A stretch of DNA of 64,000 nt, from assembly GCA_024679065.1 (NCBI GenBank), contig JAGIQG010000017.1, forward strand, positions 33,418,001 through 33,482,000, given 5' to 3'. Made by a program: the position numbers and the translations under genes. The notes under the pieces are model-generated. The model made no database searches and was not told the DNA's origin. It saw nothing but the letters and a program-made list of their open reading frames with translations. The DNA is from Sphyrna mokarran. Taxonomy: Eukaryota. Shown here one piece after another: positions 61,570 through 64,000 of the stretch (position 1 is the first letter of the stretch; each line of letters starts with the position of its first letter).

Positions 61570-64000
61570 TGTAAAACTAAATGAGCTTCTGCAAGCAACA
61601 CAGCTGTCATCAAACAATGTAAACTCTTTGCATACTCTATAGTACTGGACAAGTTCTTCCTCTACTTCTAGAGCCAGTAAGTTTTGAGATATTGGCTTAC
61701 ACTCCATAGTATGCTTTCACAGCTCTGCCTTCACTCTTGTCGTGTAACAACAAGACACTGTAACAGAATTCACTGTCGGCTGCGAAATCATCATCATCAC
61801 ATAGGCTTCAATATTGCAAGTCACTTTGTTATTGCTAACACCATCTGCGTATGACTAAGCATGTCAGCTACTCCATCAAGTGAGCTTGCGAGATACTCAA
61901 AGTTGTACTGATGAAGACTATCTGACCATTCATAAATGCATATAGGTCACTGATCAAATACGGATGTGGCTAACAATACAGTCAGTGCTGGATGATCAGT
62001 GTAGGGAATGGATTTCCTAACATGGAGATAGATTTGCCGTTGTTCACAATGCAGGCTGGCGCTTCCAGTTCTCCAACAGAGTTTTTGCATTTAATTTCCC
62101 ACAATGAACATGACACATAAGCAACCCACTTTATTCGAAGTACTTTGAGGGTACATGGGCCGAAGGGCCTCTTTTTAAAACTTTACAGCTCCAGTTACAT
62201 TTTCTAATGCATCTGTTGTGACAAACATTTCTGCCTGTGGGTTGAAATGTGTGAAGATTAGCAGAGGTGTTGCCTTTAACATGTCAAAAACTGTTTGCTA
62301 TGGGAATTCCCTATCTCCATTGTACAGGCTAGTGCAGAAACTTTTAAAGAGGCTCTACAATTTCTGTCTACTCTGGAATGAACTTATCATAAAAATTGAT
62401 AGTTCCAAAGAATGACGCCAACTCTTTTGCATGAAATGGGGTTGGAAGCACATTAATGTTTTTGAGGTTGCCCCATGTAAGGCTCCTGCTGCTGTCACTC
62501 TATACTCCAGCAAGTCAATCTCAGATGCTGCAAAATGTTTTTTTGTCCTTTGATGAGGAAGGTTAAATTGTACAGTATGAGCTTAGTGAGCACTACTGAT
62601 AACCACTGATCATGTTCTGCTTTATCTCTTCCAAGGATAACAACGTCAAGTCGGTAGAACATCACCTCAATGGCCAATAAGACCTTTCTTCTGGAATGAG
62701 CTAGGTGCTAAACTTAGTCTATCAGGAATCCTGAAACACACCTTTATGAATAATAAAATCTGTTAGACATCAGGCATAATCTTATCTGCCTTTCACGTTG
62801 CACTCCTGCTGGTGGCCAGGCACATCTCCGTTCACTGTGGCAAGATGGGAAACTTTCACTGGCTTGAACGATGGTAAGATTCTGGCCATAGGCTTTGTGA
62901 AGTTATTATCATCTGAATATAGCTCAATCACTATCAAGCTTTGTGAAGACTATGGAGTCATACTAATATTTCTTATCTTGACTGGTTGCTTTTTTGTACT
63001 CTTAAGGTCATCATATGGTCTAAGCTTTCCATTGTGCAAAACTAGCTTCGATACTCATGGCATCAAGTTAATTCACTCAATGGTACCATCAACTGCAAAT
63101 AGTTTCAGCTCCTACGATATTCTGGCATGGATTGTAAATGGCAACCATTTTAAATTTTGCAAAATTGGTACAATTGAAGTGTAGATGCAAGAAGCATGAC
63201 AGTAGCCATTAATCTCCCCAAATCCGGTAAATAAGGGTTGTGCAGTCAATTTCATCAATCACGTTAACAGGTGTTCCAGTGAGGACTTCAATTTGAAGTC
63301 AAGCTTATCAGACAGGTACACTCTCTTGAGACTTCTGCCTTCAGCTACTTAAAATGTGAACTGGTTGAGGGTGAGATTTATGTAGTGCACTAGAACTTTG
63401 ATTATTCCCAAAACTGACATAATCTGAGTCATTATTGGCCTGAAGAGTGTCAGTCACAGGAGTCACAGCAAGTTGCAAAAAATTATCATGGGTGCTCAAT
63501 ATAGATACTTCTGCACCAACATCAGTGAGGAGCAACACTGAGATGTTTGTGATCTTGACAGAGCAATCCTGAAAATGATCTGGTGCTTCACATCCATGAC
63601 AGTATATACATGCTATATTTCACTCTCAGTAAGTGATTTCTTGATGTGTCGAACTGATGAACTACTCTATTTTGAGGACCGCACATTTTTGCAAAAGGTT
63701 TCATTCTTTGAGCGTGAGTTACGCTTTTTCCTCCAGATGGATATGCTATTGTGAATCAATGGACATCTCCAAATTTTAGGCACATTTTTGAGTGTTTCTA
63801 GCCATGATAGAGCAAGCACTGATGAGTCTGCTGAGGCCTCTTTGTGTGAAATCTTTGCATTTGAGATTTTGTGTGGGTTGTTCTGTGGCCCTGTGATTGA
63901 AGGTACATTTTTGTATAACTGCTATGAATCTCAGAATTATTACACCACAAAAGGACTGCCTGTTATTCTGTCCACACCACTCATGATTTTGAATACATCT
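61570..64000 (-). mobile_element. Decayed Gypsy gag-pol (probably continues past the window end)
   Basis: Minus-strand order: knuckle relic PFAKMC (~63680), protease LLTDVGAEVSIL (~63510-63538), RT LDVVILGRDKAEHDQWL (~62600-62650), RNase H FVTTDA (~62210), SVGELEA...TDHPAL (~61985-62090), LHQYNFEYL...VADMLS (~61855-61920), spacer LVQYYRVCKEF (~61620-61650). Confidence 0.85.

Noticed and set aside
1-64000. CRISPR array, prokaryotic operon or defence system
   Set aside because: No regularly spaced direct repeats and no dense ORFs; the repeat content is vertebrate.

Overview
AT-rich, gene-free eukaryotic DNA. The repeat content (HE1/V-SINEs, Deu-domain and AmnSINE2-like SINEs, CR1, L2, Rex1/Babar, Penelope-like ends, Gypsy) points to a cartilaginous fish, probably a carcharhiniform shark. 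That assignment is inference from repeat families recalled from memory, not a database search. No host protein-coding gene, rRNA, true tRNA gene or CRISPR array can be supported; the ORFs with recognisable protein similarity are all decayed transposon fragments. The flanks (1-27.1 kb and 45.6-64 kb) are dense with nested, decayed mobile elements. A central block of about 18 kb (27.1-45.6 kb) is almost free of recognisable transposons and carries CpG-retaining, transcription-factor-motif-rich segments, as expected for a conserved non-coding-element (CNE) cluster near a developmental gene. The most unusual observation lies in that block: two Deu-SINE copies in inverted orientation, about 0.8 kb apart, much more alike to each other (63/71 nt gapless core) than to a third copy in the window. 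Other notable items are a bHLH E-box cluster at 44.1-44.9 kb, V-SINEs with two alternative 3' tails, and a pol-less Gypsy-like element carrying an acidic open reading frame. Repeat boundaries were placed by eye and are approximate.
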